DNA of 64,000 nucleotides. It comes from Amoebidium appalachense. Lineage: Eukaryota; Protista; Ichthyosporea. Shown here in pieces: positions 24,263-55,905 of this stretch. Every line of letters begins with the position of its first letter. Positions within the stretch are counted from its first letter, which is position 1. The notes below the pieces were generated by a model that saw only the letters and a list, made by a program, of their open reading frames with translations, was not told the origin of the DNA and searched no databases. The position numbers and the translations under genes are program-made. The DNA lies in assembly GCA_963693365.1 (NCBI GenBank), contig CAVNZM010000003.1:3977106-4041105 (forward strand), read 5' to 3'.

Positions 24263-26860
24263 CGCTGGAATTTTGTAGTGATTGGTTTCTCAAGCCAATC
24301 AATACATCTAATAAACAGGTCGTAGTTACGCGTGTTTAGTATAAAATCAAGGATGTTGTAATTTACAGGTAGGCTATCTTTCTGGGTGTCTGTTGTGAAT
24401 GTGACGTGTGTGTGTTGCGGTATTATGTGGTCTATCAAACTACATTTGGCGATACATGACCGGTTAAACTGGTGTGTGTGTGTGTTGTTTGGGCATGCAA
24501 ATGATGCCACCTTATATTTATTAGATCTCCACTGTATAGCCCGTGTACAGTAAAAGCGTGGTAATTGATCAATAATACCATCAGCTAGAGAAAGACCAGT
24601 TCTACAGGAAGGTAATATGTATTTAGGTGTTATACATTTGCGAGTGCCATATTTGGCAATATGGTTGAGGCGGTCAGTATATATAAAACGAGACATAAGG
24701 CTTAGTTTTTCAAGGTGTATGCTTTCATCGGGTCTAGTGTCGTGTGGTATCTTTTTCCATGTTATATTGCGTGATTATCTTGTGATTGTGTACATGTTTA
24801 ATAAATAAGTGGCAGTCCAAAGTCACACACATACTATTGCGGGGTTTATTTGTATTTGTGCCCAGGGGAGAAGGGGAGAGAGAGGGAAGGAAAGAGGGGA
24901 GAGGTGAGGAGGGGACAGGTCGGATAGAGAAGAGAGGGTGGGAGGGCAAATACTTCTTTAAGCGGCTTATGTGCTTATTGAATTTCAGCGCGAGATAGGA
25001 TACTCTAGCAGCTATTGGGACCAGACCATATATCGAGAGAGTTACAGGCCCAGGTTTACAACAGTTGTTAGATAGAAAGGAGGCAACTTCTGCTTCAAGG
25101 AAATTTGCCAAGGGTTTAAGCGCTCTAGTTCTCTCTTTCTTGATCCAAGCGGCGAGAAGGGGTAAACCATATTCACATGCCGGGAAGACAAAAGTGCGAA
25201 TAAATGTAAGTCTAATAGAAGGATGGAGGGGTGTGTCTTTAAAAATATTAGCCGAAGAAAGCTAACCGCTTACGAGCCAACTCTACCCTCTTTTCGACCA
25301 TATGGGAAAACATAACACCAACAGAATTAACCGGAACACCAAGATATTTGTATTCTGGAACTATAGGTACAGGTTTAGATGATAATGTATATGTGTGTAA
25401 ATTGTTAGCTATATCAGGTACAAGAATACCACATTTGTCTATGTTAAGGATCATAAGGTTTGCCTTGCACCACTCTGACACTACATCGAACAATCTTTGC
25501 AGGCGTCTAGGGGTACGGGCAAGGAGGGACAGATCATCAGCATAGAGAAGTGCAGGCGGAAAGTTATTAATAGGGCCATCATTTTCGGCATAAATCTTGA
25601 CAGCCAAATCATCTATAAATAGGTTAAACAAAAAGGGGCTAAGCAATGAACCCTGCAAGAGACCTCTAGTACGAGCAAAACCATATGAAAGATGCCCATT
25701 AACCACAGCTCTACCATAGGTTTGAGACAAGAGTGCTTCTAACAGAATACGAATGCAGTGTGGTACACCCCGTGCAGCAAGCTCTTCCCATAGGAGACCA
25801 GGGGAGACAGAATCGTAAGCAGTTTTCCAATCAATAAAGCCAACATATCGTGCACCAACTTGCATAGAATCGTGCAGTGCCATTATTTGAACATAACATG
25901 AATTGTTCTTACGAAAAGCGGATTGGCATGGGTGTATGTGAGGATTAGATTGAAACCTAGGGTGTTGTGCAAATAACCTGGCATGGGTGTATGTGAAGAT
26001 TAGATTGAAACCTAGGGTGTTGTGCAAATAACCTAAGTAAGCAAGCTTCAAAGAATCTACGAATAACCTGGGTTAGTGAAATGGGGCGAAAAGATGATAT
26101 GGGGCCCTCAGAGTCCTTCTTAACTATGGGGATCACTAAGTCATCTAACCATGATGACGGGACATGTCCACATTTAACACACCAAGAAAAGAGAGAGCTT
26201 AAAATAATAGTAAGATCAGGTTTAAAAGCACGATCACTTCCTTTTGTGGGTAGGAGGGAACAAGGAATTTAAGAAACCCAGCAGGAAGTCCATCAGGTCC
26301 ACAAGTGTAGAGCTATAACGAGATATCACAGACCATATGGTATCGGGACTGAAAAAGGGGAGGATCGATTCTATGGGGATAGATGGGTCTACAGGCCACA
26401 CAATAGGTTTCTGAGCGGGGGTCCTATCTTTAAACAGTTCCGTAGAGTCTATGAGGGCCCGGGGGTCTCCAGTGGTATCACCAATAATACGAGCAGGGGG
26501 GCCAAATCGATTCATAGCAAGCCGGCGCAAGCTTTCCTTTTGAGACAGGGGTTCACCTAGTCTAGCGGGAGTGGTGTTTGGTAACAAGAGAGCATCGGGA
26601 TATTCCGTCCTACCACCACCAGCATAATCACCGAGATCTATTAAATCATCAACAATAAAGTTAGTGCATGTATCTAGTACGAGATGTGAATCTGGTCTGG
26701 CTTGTGCAGATTCTAATAGGCGCATATATATAGGGTGTTTCGTTGCATAGCATACACATACATCAACTCTACCCCACTGGACTTGATAGACGGAGGCGAA
26801 AGGTAAAATACATAGGAATCTTAGGAATTCGGCTGTTTGCAGACACATACACACATGCAT
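24262..26860 (-). mobile_element. Degenerate non-LTR (LINE-like) retrotransposon: RT domain plus Cys/His C-terminal region, several frameshifts
   Basis: Minus-strand RT motifs in order: CGPDGLP (about 26290), LVIPIVKK..SSFRPISL (26070-26135), QSAFR, FIDWKTAYDSV, GLLQGSLLSPFLFNLFIDDL, LLYADDL, LNIDKC, YKYLGV, and thumb IRTFVFPACEYG in a shifted frame (about 25170-25210). The C-terminal part reads IQWRSN..CPNN..FNRSC..C..YNILDFILN. Frame breaks occur at about 26305, 25924-26033 and about 25262. The 3' end abuts (CA)n. Confidence 0.9.
25924..26033. repeat. 55-bp tandem duplication inside the RT coding region
   Basis: tggcatgggtgtatgtga(g/a)gattagattgaaacctagggtgttgtgcaaataacc occurs twice (25924-25978 and 25979-26033) with one mismatch. 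55 is not a multiple of 3, so the frame shifts. Confidence 0.9.
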
Positions 26861-28446
26861 GAGCTTACGGAACCATAGCCACGAACATGGTGCAAAGCTG
26901 AAGACCTATCTGCCAGAACAATAACAGTAGCTTAATAAGTTATGATGAATAGTTCGAGTTCTTTGATAGTTGTATATACGCAGTGATCGATAAAAACTTT
27001 TCACGGGACAGTACACCACAGGTAGTAAATTGTATAACGTTTCTTTGCAACTGCATGAAGACCACGTGGCCCGGCTCGGGTGAGTAGGCATGGCGGCTTT
27101 TTTACAGCATGAAAGTCACGTCACGTAATCGGCGATAGGTTTTATTTTGATGGCGGATCCAATCACAATTTAAGTCGAAAACTAGTGCGTTTGATTGGTG
27201 ACTCACTATGACTGGAAACACTCTGGGGGTACTCGATTAAAAGTTCATGAACTTTGGATGGGTGATCATAATGTTGGCTTTCCACACAGTAGCAGTTTGT
27301 GAGCGAAACCATCAAATGCTATGAACACATAGAAAAGCATATCTAGGTTTATGTAATGAATTTCAATTTACTAAACATGGCTGTGGAAACAGTGATCTTC
27401 CTTCGCCGCATAAACCCAAAATTGAGTTCCTTGGTCTCGGCTTTGGCATGCAATGGACCTAGGGAGATGATAGTGGCCAATATATCAGCCACGAGATCTG
27501 TTCGGAAAGCCAACCGCGTTGCACTGATTGTTGCATCTAGATTTGGTCTGTCCAATAGGCAAAAGCATAGCAAGCTGCAAATCAAATCTTAGAATTGTGA
27601 AAGCTTTCTTGCCGATGCTGTTCATACACAGCCAGCCAACTATTACCCTACCTTCGCAGCGGGGAAACTCAATAATCATTGTAGCTTTTACACCGCAAAG
27701 CGTCCCTATGCATCACTTCAACTGCAAGGCAGTTCATCATATTTCCTTCAACACCCCTTCTTGTTTTTGGCTTGCCCGGTTGTCGAAGTCGTATGTCCTG
27801 GTGACGTTACCACTCCACGTACGCGTACGGTAGCTGAAAAATGCCACCAACAACCACCGACTCCCTTGGCATGCGACATAATTCACAAATTGCATGGCAA
27901 AAGTTAAATTACAATTGATATTATTGTTTTATGAAGAAAGGAGTGTGTAAATCTTTCTATTTCTTATCTCAACAAATTGGTATCTGCTGGCAGCTGCTAT
28001 AGATCCCCCTTCGGAGCTGAGCCACTCTGAGGCCACGCACACACTTTTTGACTGATTCAGACCTGTGTTATGATTCGTCGTCAATCACGCACGCACATTA
28101 CCGCGTAAGATCCCATATAAACGAACGACATCCCCAACCTCATGTCATACAGGGCTACGTTGAATGTGGATTCCTTAGCTTCATTTGGGCATTTTTTTTA
28201 TTTTTCTCTTTTTAGGCCCAGCTTCCGTTCAAGGTCTACCGCGTCGGGTGCCTTTTCTTCTTTTGTATTACTCACTTTTTTCCGGCGTGCACTTACAGTA
28301 TGACGTTGAGTTGAAAGCGAACCAGCTCATTTCACTCCATTTTCCTTAGAGCAGTATCTGGCAGAACCCCCTTGGTTCTGAAGCCTAGGAAAAACACTAG
28401 CACACCATAGTTGTCTCTTTCAGAAAGAGAAAAACGCAGTATCAAA

Positions 28447-29238
28447 ATGGCCGCTGTTGAAGTGAATAGCGCGACCCCCCCCCAACTTGCTGGAAACCCA
28501 CGCCTCCCCACCACGGGGGCCTTTCAGATGAAACGCCAGCAGATGCTCACGTCCCAGTTTTCTCAATCAAGCAGTGGTGGTGAGAGCACAGCCTCTGTTC
28601 CTGCAGACAGGCAAGTAGAGAATGAAACAATCAGCCATCGTTCACGTAGTCTCCCCATGGCTGCTGCATACGCCGATGCAGTTGAGCATACGAGACAGCG
28701 CAGGCCAAGCGTGACCAGCACAACTTCAAAGACATCGAGGTTTTCCCTTTCATCATTCCGCAGCCGCATCTCCCGCACGTTTTCCCAAGCATCTGTTGTG
28801 GAGGAGGCCCCCCTAGTTGGTAGGTCGGCAACCATATCTCGCAGAATTTCCAGAAAAGTGTCACGCAAGGAACTCGAGGTTCAACTTCAGCAGAAAGAAG
28901 CTGAAGAGGAGATGGTTCGTGCTGCCAAGGAGAGAGCAACGATGGACGCCAGAGCGCTTGAGGAGCAACTCAAGGCGGAGGAAAGGAGGGCTTCTCAGGC
29001 TGAGAATGCCTTGCAAACAACAGCAGACGAGGTAGACCAGCTTCGTGCACGCCTGCAGCACCTTGCATTCACCCTCGAACAGGAGAAAGCCATGAGGGAG
29101 GAGGCGGAGGATCGCATCAAGGAGGTAGAGAGGGACATAGTGGACGAGAGGGCAGCAGCGGAGAAGGTGTATAGGATGTATGTGGACCTTAGTTGCAAGA
29201 TCGCCGAAAGAGAGCTGGAGGTGCCCCACATTGCGTAG
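28447..29238 (+). CDS. Intronless protein with Ser/Arg-rich disordered N-half and C-terminal coiled coil (about 263 aa), function unknown
   Basis: ATG in aaaATGG context at 28447 and an open frame to TAG at 29236-29238. The E/K/R/A-rich segment ELEVQLQQKEAEEEM...AAAEKVY is heptad-like. Composition is coding-like with no microsatellites. Confidence 0.7.
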   Translation: MAAVEVNSATPPQLAGNPRLPTTGAFQMKRQQMLTSQFSQSSSGGESTASVPADRQVENETISHRSRSLPMAAAYADAVEHTRQRRPSVTSTTSKTSRFSLSSFRSRISRTFSQASVVEEAPLVGRSATISRRISRKVSRKELEVQLQQKEAEEEMVRAAKERATMDARALEEQLKAEERRASQAENALQTTADEVDQLRARLQHLAFTLEQEKAMREEAEDRIKEVERDIVDERAAAEKVYRMYVDLSCKIAERELEVPHIA

Positions 29239-30092
29239 GTTTCTGATAGAACCACGGTTGTTCAGGCGGAGTGTGACAGTTTAAATTACAGCTTTGATTC
29301 TATTTAACGTTTGGTAGGATATTAGTTATTAGGGCTGTAGTTTCTGGTGAAGATGATGATCTTATGACTAAGATCATCATGTTATGTAGAAGATGTCTAA
29401 TCCAAGGTACCCGGCTGCGACTTCAGAAGACTACACAACACACACACACACACACACACAGCGGGGTCATTCGCATATTGCATAATGTGTATACAGCAGT
29501 GGTGGTTGTACAAAACTAACAACAAAACCTATATGATCTTGTCCTTTTCATTACATATAAGTGGCCCATATATTGCTGTATTTGTGCCATCTCACCCTGT
29601 TTGTAAGGACGCTGTGTAAAGTAACGGGAACGTGGAAGCCGACTTCAGCAGAGTCATACACAAAGCGATTCACACCACCGTACTTGCTTAGTGTTGGTTT
29701 TTCATGTTCAAAAAACAGACTCTACGATACGAAAACTTGGGCACTGGATGCCCCACATGTTAGAGCACTTAGATATATCTATCGAATCACGTTTGCGCCG
29801 ACCTCGATGCAGCATCTCTGTTTATAGTCGAATTTGTATGATTATCGTTCTGGTTGATGAATTTTCGGTCACTCTGGCGCTGGTTGCCACCCATATAGAG
29901 GTACTGGGCTCTTGACCAAACAGTCATGTTTGCTACCAATAAGATAACATTAATTACATTAATCGTACACATAGCACCTGTTTCTCTTTTCTCGGTGTGG
30001 GACCTTCCCGACAAAGCCAACTCCCTCGTTGAAGTTTCTGTGAAAGGAAGCAACTTCATATCTACACACGTAGGCATGGGCATGCACAGGCA

Positions 30093-30201
30093 CTGGCATC
30101 CTTATGTCATGTATCCTCAAGCCGGGCCACATATAACTACGATGTGGTTCGTGGCATCCTTATGTCATGTATCCTCAAGCCGGGCCACACATAACTACGA
30201 T
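30093..30201. repeat. ~58-bp direct tandem duplication
   Basis: tggcatccttatgtcatgtatcctcaagccgggccaca(t/c)ataactacgat occurs twice. Confidence 0.85.
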
Positions 30202-30274
30202 TACGATATTCCGAGCGTCGGGGTGTGATCTGATTGGATGACGACACGACCTTTAACTTCAGTTAGTCTTGCCG

Positions 30275-30650
30275 TGATTGGCCTAGAGCGCACTCACCGA
30301 AATAACCAGGCTATGGACATTTCTATTGGGTTAGAGGAATCGAATAACCGGGTTAATGGGTGAGTGCGCTGCTAGCCAATCAAAGCGATCACTAGGAAAA
30401 TGAGCCTGAAATGTGAATGTAATGATGTATGAATCAAATAACCGAGTTAAAGTTTGCATAATGTATCAATAAAGTGAATGCTAAATCTTTATGGGTCATA
30501 TCGTAACCGGATCATGTCGGCTCGTGTCCTCGCTCGACCTCGTTATTTCGGCTCGCCTTGACGATTATTTTGGCTCGCCTATCGGCTCGCCAAAATAACC
30601 GACGGCTCGCCGAAATAACTTCGGTCTCGCTCGGCCACTCGCCCCATGAC
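30275..30650. mobile_element. Palindrome-rich segment, possible non-autonomous DNA element remnant
   Basis: Inverted repeat tgattggcctagagcgcactcacc (about 30275-30298) / ggtgagtgcgctgctagccaatca (about 30359-30382). Repeated aataacc and ggctcgcc motifs, plus the inverted pair gttatttcggc / gccgaaataac at about 30542-30619. Confidence 0.4.
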
Positions 30651-32772
30651 TCCTGATGTGGTTCGTGTTAATGTTCAGCACACCTGCACAAGCACACAAC
30701 AGAGACTCAAGCGCAAGCGCACACACAACTTGAAACACAAAACTCGCACGCGCACACATACACGCTAAGCACACATCCACAGGGTTTCTAAAACTGAGTG
30801 TGCACGCAAATGCTTCAACACAGGCATTCTACCACCACTGCCACTGGCATGCATCACCACCGTGGCCATTACTCGTCTTGTGTGTGCTTATGTATGTGCT
30901 CACAGCCACTTAGGGGAACATGCTGGGGTGATGTGCACAAAAGCCGACTATAGCAGTGTATCGTACTAATGCAAGACACAAACACACAGCAGCCAGCCCC
31001 CCCCCTCCCCCTCCCTCCCCCCTTCCCCCCCCTGCTTTTTTACTCTTTCCATATTCTTTCTCAAAGTTTTCAATCAACTTTTGACTGCCCGTCAGTGAAC
31101 GACGACTCCACTGTAAATTAGTCCCGATGTGAAAGGAGAGGTTTCTTGGCCGCATTGTTGAGGCTATCGAATCAGCAGTCAACTTCAGTTAATTCAGTCA
31201 TCGGAGGTGCCAAGGCCAGTATGGGCGTGTAAAACCATATTTTAGTAATTTTTGTGTGTGTGGGTAGGTGGGTGGGGCGGGGGGAGAGGGGGGGGGGGGG
31301 GGGGGGGAGGGAGGGAGGGATTGCAGGGAAGGTTCTGACCTTGAAAATGAGCAAAGGTTTACCTGGAAATAAAATGTGTGCCTGTGTGCAAGTGTGTGTG
31401 CGCGTGTATGAGTGCATGCGTGTGTATGCGTCTCGTATTATATTGTTTTTGTGTTGCGCGCGCTTGTGTGTGACTGTGTATGCTTGTGGCCACCCTCAAG
31501 CTTGTGTCTGAGGTTGTGTGCGCGGGTGCGTATGTGTGCCTGTGCTTTCGTGCATGTGTCACGGCGTGTGTGTGCGTGTAATGTGTCTGTTTCATCCTTT
31601 TTTTTATTGCTTGTGTGCAAGTGCATCTGGATCTTGGTTCATGTGGGTGGGATACGTGGGAGGGTGTTTGTGCGGTGACCTAGATCATGCATGTGTGTAC
31701 GCCTGGCTGTGATTGCACCGACCTTCTGTGCGTGTACGCATGCGTGTGTGGCTGTGCGTACAGCAATTTTCTTCTCGTATTCAGTTTCCTATTTTTTCTC
31801 TTAAATTCGCCAATGGAAAGCAAAAATGGCGAAGAGAAGGAAAGAAGAGCTCAGATATGAACTTCGAATTCGCAAACCCGGCGGAGCCTGAGCCGAGCTG
31901 CTGAGCCGGCCGGATCCCGTAACTCAGCGGTGTCGGAATTCGAACACATTTTGCCTTCCCAACCGACATCATTTTTTTCTTTAGCAAACGCATTCACCCT
32001 AAGCCTAAATATTACCATACAAAAGGTTGTCCTGATGGAAACATCACCATCAACGTCACTTCGTTGAAACTCGAAGTTAGGGGAGGTGAGAGTCAGTCAG
32101 CTGTGTGTGTCGACGTCCTGAGTACTGAAAGGCTTCCTGCGCTGATGCCTAGTCAACCAATCATCGCGTTGTGGCTCACAATTTTGCGCAAACCTATTAC
32201 GTCATAGTGCGCTTTTAGCCAATCTAACATCAATACCCGAACCAGTGCGCATTTCTCTCTGTGCTGCTTGGTTCAGCTGCGTGTTCAGCTGAATTCTTAG
32301 TTCAGCCTTCGCCAGCTTCAGCGCCCTTCGTTGCAGTTCTTTTTTTTTTGGCATGAAATTTCGAAAGATTCGAAGATCAAAGAAATAGTGAGTAAGGAGA
32401 TGATGAATATTGACATGCGCACATACAAGACTCTCTTTTTCTGGTGGTATGTAGACGCCCCCCTATTTGCCATTTATGCTGTTATTTTGATTGCTGAAGA
32501 GCTCTACGTGAGGAGGAGACGACGGACTTGCACACCGATGCTCGGTTCTTTTTGTTTCCGTATGCACATCCATGCATATTCGCGTCTGACATAGAGACAC
32601 TATTGTCTTCTCGATAACAGTGTTCAATCGCCTTATTTTCAAGGTCGCAAGTGACCCAGTTCTTTTTGTCAAGACTAACTTTGAGACTATAGGAGTAGTT
32701 GTGACCTCGCAGTGGAAAACACTCACTAATTCGCTTATGAGTCGTTCATCTTTCAGGATAGTCTTCAAAAAA

Positions 32773-52160
<19,388 letters not shown>

Positions 52161-52560
52161 TATGTATTTTTTAACTTTTCTTGAATCATTGGCTTTTTAA
52201 GTTGGGGTAGGTGGATTGGTGGGGGTATGGGTGAGGGAGGTGGAGGGAGGAGGGGGCGGGGGGGAAGGTTGGGATGAGACTTGGGCACAAAACAACAAGA
52301 GTAAAGGCCATGTTCGTTCTTTCACACGTGTTTGTTTTGATTGTAGTAGGGAAATTGTTCTGATTAAAGCTGTTTGTTGCTGTTGGAATGAAGTGTGTGT
52401 GGAGGCAAAGTTACGCTTGTAAGAGTTTCTGGCATATGCACGTGATGTGTGTGTACACCATATACCGAGAGAAGTGCTCGCAAGCGGACATGCACGTACA
52501 TGACCACACACACGCTTGACCACACACGCTCGACCACACCAACACGCGCACACGCGCGCG

Positions 52561-52651
<91 letters not shown>

Positions 52652-53190
52652 ATACATACACGCGCGCGCGCACACACACGCACAACCACAAAAACACATT
52701 ACAATCATACACGTGTGACTCATGCACCATTCCTACCACTCCAATTGTAGTTACAAATTTATATTGGGTAGAAAGTTTGATTGAAAGGGCCACGGTGCGT
52801 GGTGAAAAGCATTGGTTGATTCATTAATGTTAGAGGAAAATTTCAACGGTTAAAATCCCGTGAAGTTAAAGTGACTTCAAAACTGTAACCTGTGTTTAAA
52901 GATATAAAAATTTGTACGTAGATAATTGCCAGATCCATATCCAAGTAGGTCTCTGTTGTCTTTAATTAAAGGGTATAAATTGTGCTAAAGATAGCTCTCT
53001 TTGTGATGTAGTAGCAATTTAGTACCCCAAAAAAACACGCCTTTTTTTTTGTGTTCCATCCATACATGAAGCAAATGAAGAAATTTATGCACGAGCCTGT
53101 ATACACCTACGTAAAGCTGTGTGTATTCATGATGCGATAGTGAGAGGGAAGGGATGTGGTTGCAACATGTGACAATAGCAATGGTCGGAA

Positions 53191-53236
<46 letters not shown>

Positions 53237-53718
53237 AGAGAGAGAGAGGGAGAGAGGGAGAGAGGGAGAGAGAGAGACTCTAAGAGAGAGAGATAGATAG
53301 ATAGAGGTAGAGAAGCCTTAATCTGAATGCAGCGCAATTCAGTATGAACTCAGGAGAATTTCCATTTTTACCCGCCTTCCTCCCCCCAAAAAAAGAAGAA
53401 GAAGAAGAAGAAAAGGGGGAAAGTTACGTGGTGGCCCGAAAGATGGGGGTGGAGAAGGGGGGGGGGGGGGGGATGGTTTCCTGAGTTTGTTGTGTGTAGC
53501 AGGTGTGTCTGTCACAGAAAAAACTACGGGGTGTGTGGTGAGAGCGTGGGTAGGGAGGTTTAAAGGATCGTAGGGCTGGTGGTGGCTGGGGAAGGAGGGG
53601 GGAGGGGGTGGGGAGAAGGGGGGGGGGGGGGGGGGGGGGAGGGGGGAAAGGCAAGGCAGCCGGGATGAAAGGCAGGATTTGAAATGATGGAGCGTCTGGA
53701 GACATGGTTTTTGAAATT

Positions 53719-53939
53719 TCAAACAGTCTGTGCGAATATATTTCGGGTTGTGTTGATCCCTAGAGGTGGCCACACTAAGGGCCCAGTGATCACCACATTC
53801 TGTCCCACAATCACAGCCGCTTCTTTGTGCATTCTCCACCAGCCGATTTCAATTCCTGTCAGTTGGGTGACTGCCCAGACAAATGCTGCCACTACGGTGG
53901 TTGCATCAGATTCCTTCTCATTGTCACTCATCTCAATCG
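53719..53939 (-). CDS. Possible terminal exon of an unresolved minus-strand gene
   Basis: Unique island with acceptor ttcaattcAG and open frame IEMSDNEKESDATTVVAAFVWAVTQLTGIEIGWWRMHKE...IFAQTV*. I could not join upstream exons in phase. Confidence 0.3.
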
Positions 53940-54256
53940 CTGAATTGAAGAGCCCGTCACCATATTCCCTCCCCTCTCCTCCCCCTTCCCCCCCCCCCCC
54001 CCCCCTCCCCCCAACCCCGTCACTATATCCCCCTCCCCTCCCCCAGCCTCCCCTCCCCCCCCCCCCTCCCTCTCCTTCCTCCCCTCCACAACCCCCCAGC
54101 CCCTATCCCCACCCCCCGAGTTTCTCGTATCATCCTCCTCCCCATCGCAACAAACTTTTCTTCCTGCTCCCCACTAACCGTTTCCAAACAATTTGCACAA
54201 TTATAAGGTCAAGTACAAACTCCAAATCCTCCCCCATCCCCCCTCCCCCCCTCCCC

Positions 54257-54300
<44 letters not shown>

Positions 54301-54487
54301 ACGCACGCACGCACGCACGCATGCACGCACGCACACACGCACGCAAGCACGCTCGTACGCTCACGCACACACACACACACACACAACACACGCGCGGTTT
54401 GCCACCTTGTCCCCCACCCTTTCGTGTTTTTGAAGGTTGATTCATCAATCAGTAAGATATAATCCCCCTAGGCCTCCCCCCCCCCCC

Positions 54488-54564
<77 letters not shown>

Positions 54565-54716
54565 CATATGAAAACACGCACACACGCACACCCACACACA
54601 CACAACAGAGACATGTGGATGCTCAAGTTTGGCCAAGGTATCAAATTATATTTTGCGCTACCTATGCAGGTCTTTTTTATATACTATCTAATCATGGCAT
54701 GAAAAGAAGGACCTCC

Positions 54717-54750
<34 letters not shown>

Positions 54751-55291
54751 AGGGGTGGGGGGGCGGGGGGCATCTCGTTGCCGTAGGGAAAGGGCCGGGG
54801 GGGGGGGGGGGGGGGGGGGGAGAGTCGATGATCACGATCCTAGTTAACGATCATCACCTCGGGGTGTTTTTCGTTGGAAAATAAACACTAAGGGATTTTG
54901 TGCTTTTTTTTTTTTAATTAACTGATGATCAGTATGATATCATGACTATTATCCACATTTCTAGACATAACAAAACACATGTACATATTGTAAATGAATC
55001 TAGGTCGTGTACGCAAGCTCATATTCATCTACTGTACAGTATTCCCTATCTATCTAAACTTCTACGATCATTCAAAAGGTTTTGGAGTTTTGAGCTACTT
55101 ACGTTCTCATGAAGTCTAAGAACATCAAATTTCGGATCTTGGATTATTCAGAAACACTTGTAGAATCTACCAAACTGCCTGTTTATATTTCTGTAAGTCT
55201 TAAATATCTTCCCCTTATCGCACTGGCCTTGTTCTACAACCCCCTGCAAAGAAAAGAGCGAACCGTTAAGATAGAGTAATAGTACGACAAC

Positions 55292-55338
<47 letters not shown>

Positions 55339-55621
55339 AAAAAAAAAAAAAAACCGCCAGACGCACACACCAAAAAATGGAAACCTCAGAAGAGATAGAA
55401 GGAAGGATAGGGGCAAAAAAAAAAGGAGGGGGGTAAAAAAAAAGGACAAACCTTCTCACCCAGATCTCTACATAAACACTATCCCCAACCCCCCTCCCCC
55501 TCCCCCCTCCCCCTCCCCCGCACCGATACATGTAACATTCTTGTTGTTATTCCGACCCGCAGTACTTTATGTCGCACACCATGAAGCAAACACAAAGCTA
55601 CTGGGGGACGCTTTTGGGTGC

Positions 55622-55768
<147 letters not shown>

Positions 55769-55815
55769 CGCGCGCGTGTGTGTGTGTATGTGTGTTTGGT
55801 GGTGGTGGTGGTGGT

Positions 55816-55846
<31 letters not shown>

Positions 55847-55905
55847 GGGGGGGGAGGGGGACCGAACCCAGAAAAAAAAATAAGAAAATAGAAAAATGAT
55901 TATTT

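Noticed and set aside
25248-26051. Functional stand-alone or domesticated reverse transcriptase gene linked to the immune-like gene
   Set aside because: The ORF is a fragment bounded by frameshifts, and flanking LINE motifs continue in other frames. It is a decayed retrotransposon.
27349-27835. Possible minus-strand exons (RPNLDATISATRLAFRTDLVADILATIISLGP...)
   Set aside because: Splice-like signals exist, but I could not build a phase-consistent, stop-free model or recognise a domain.
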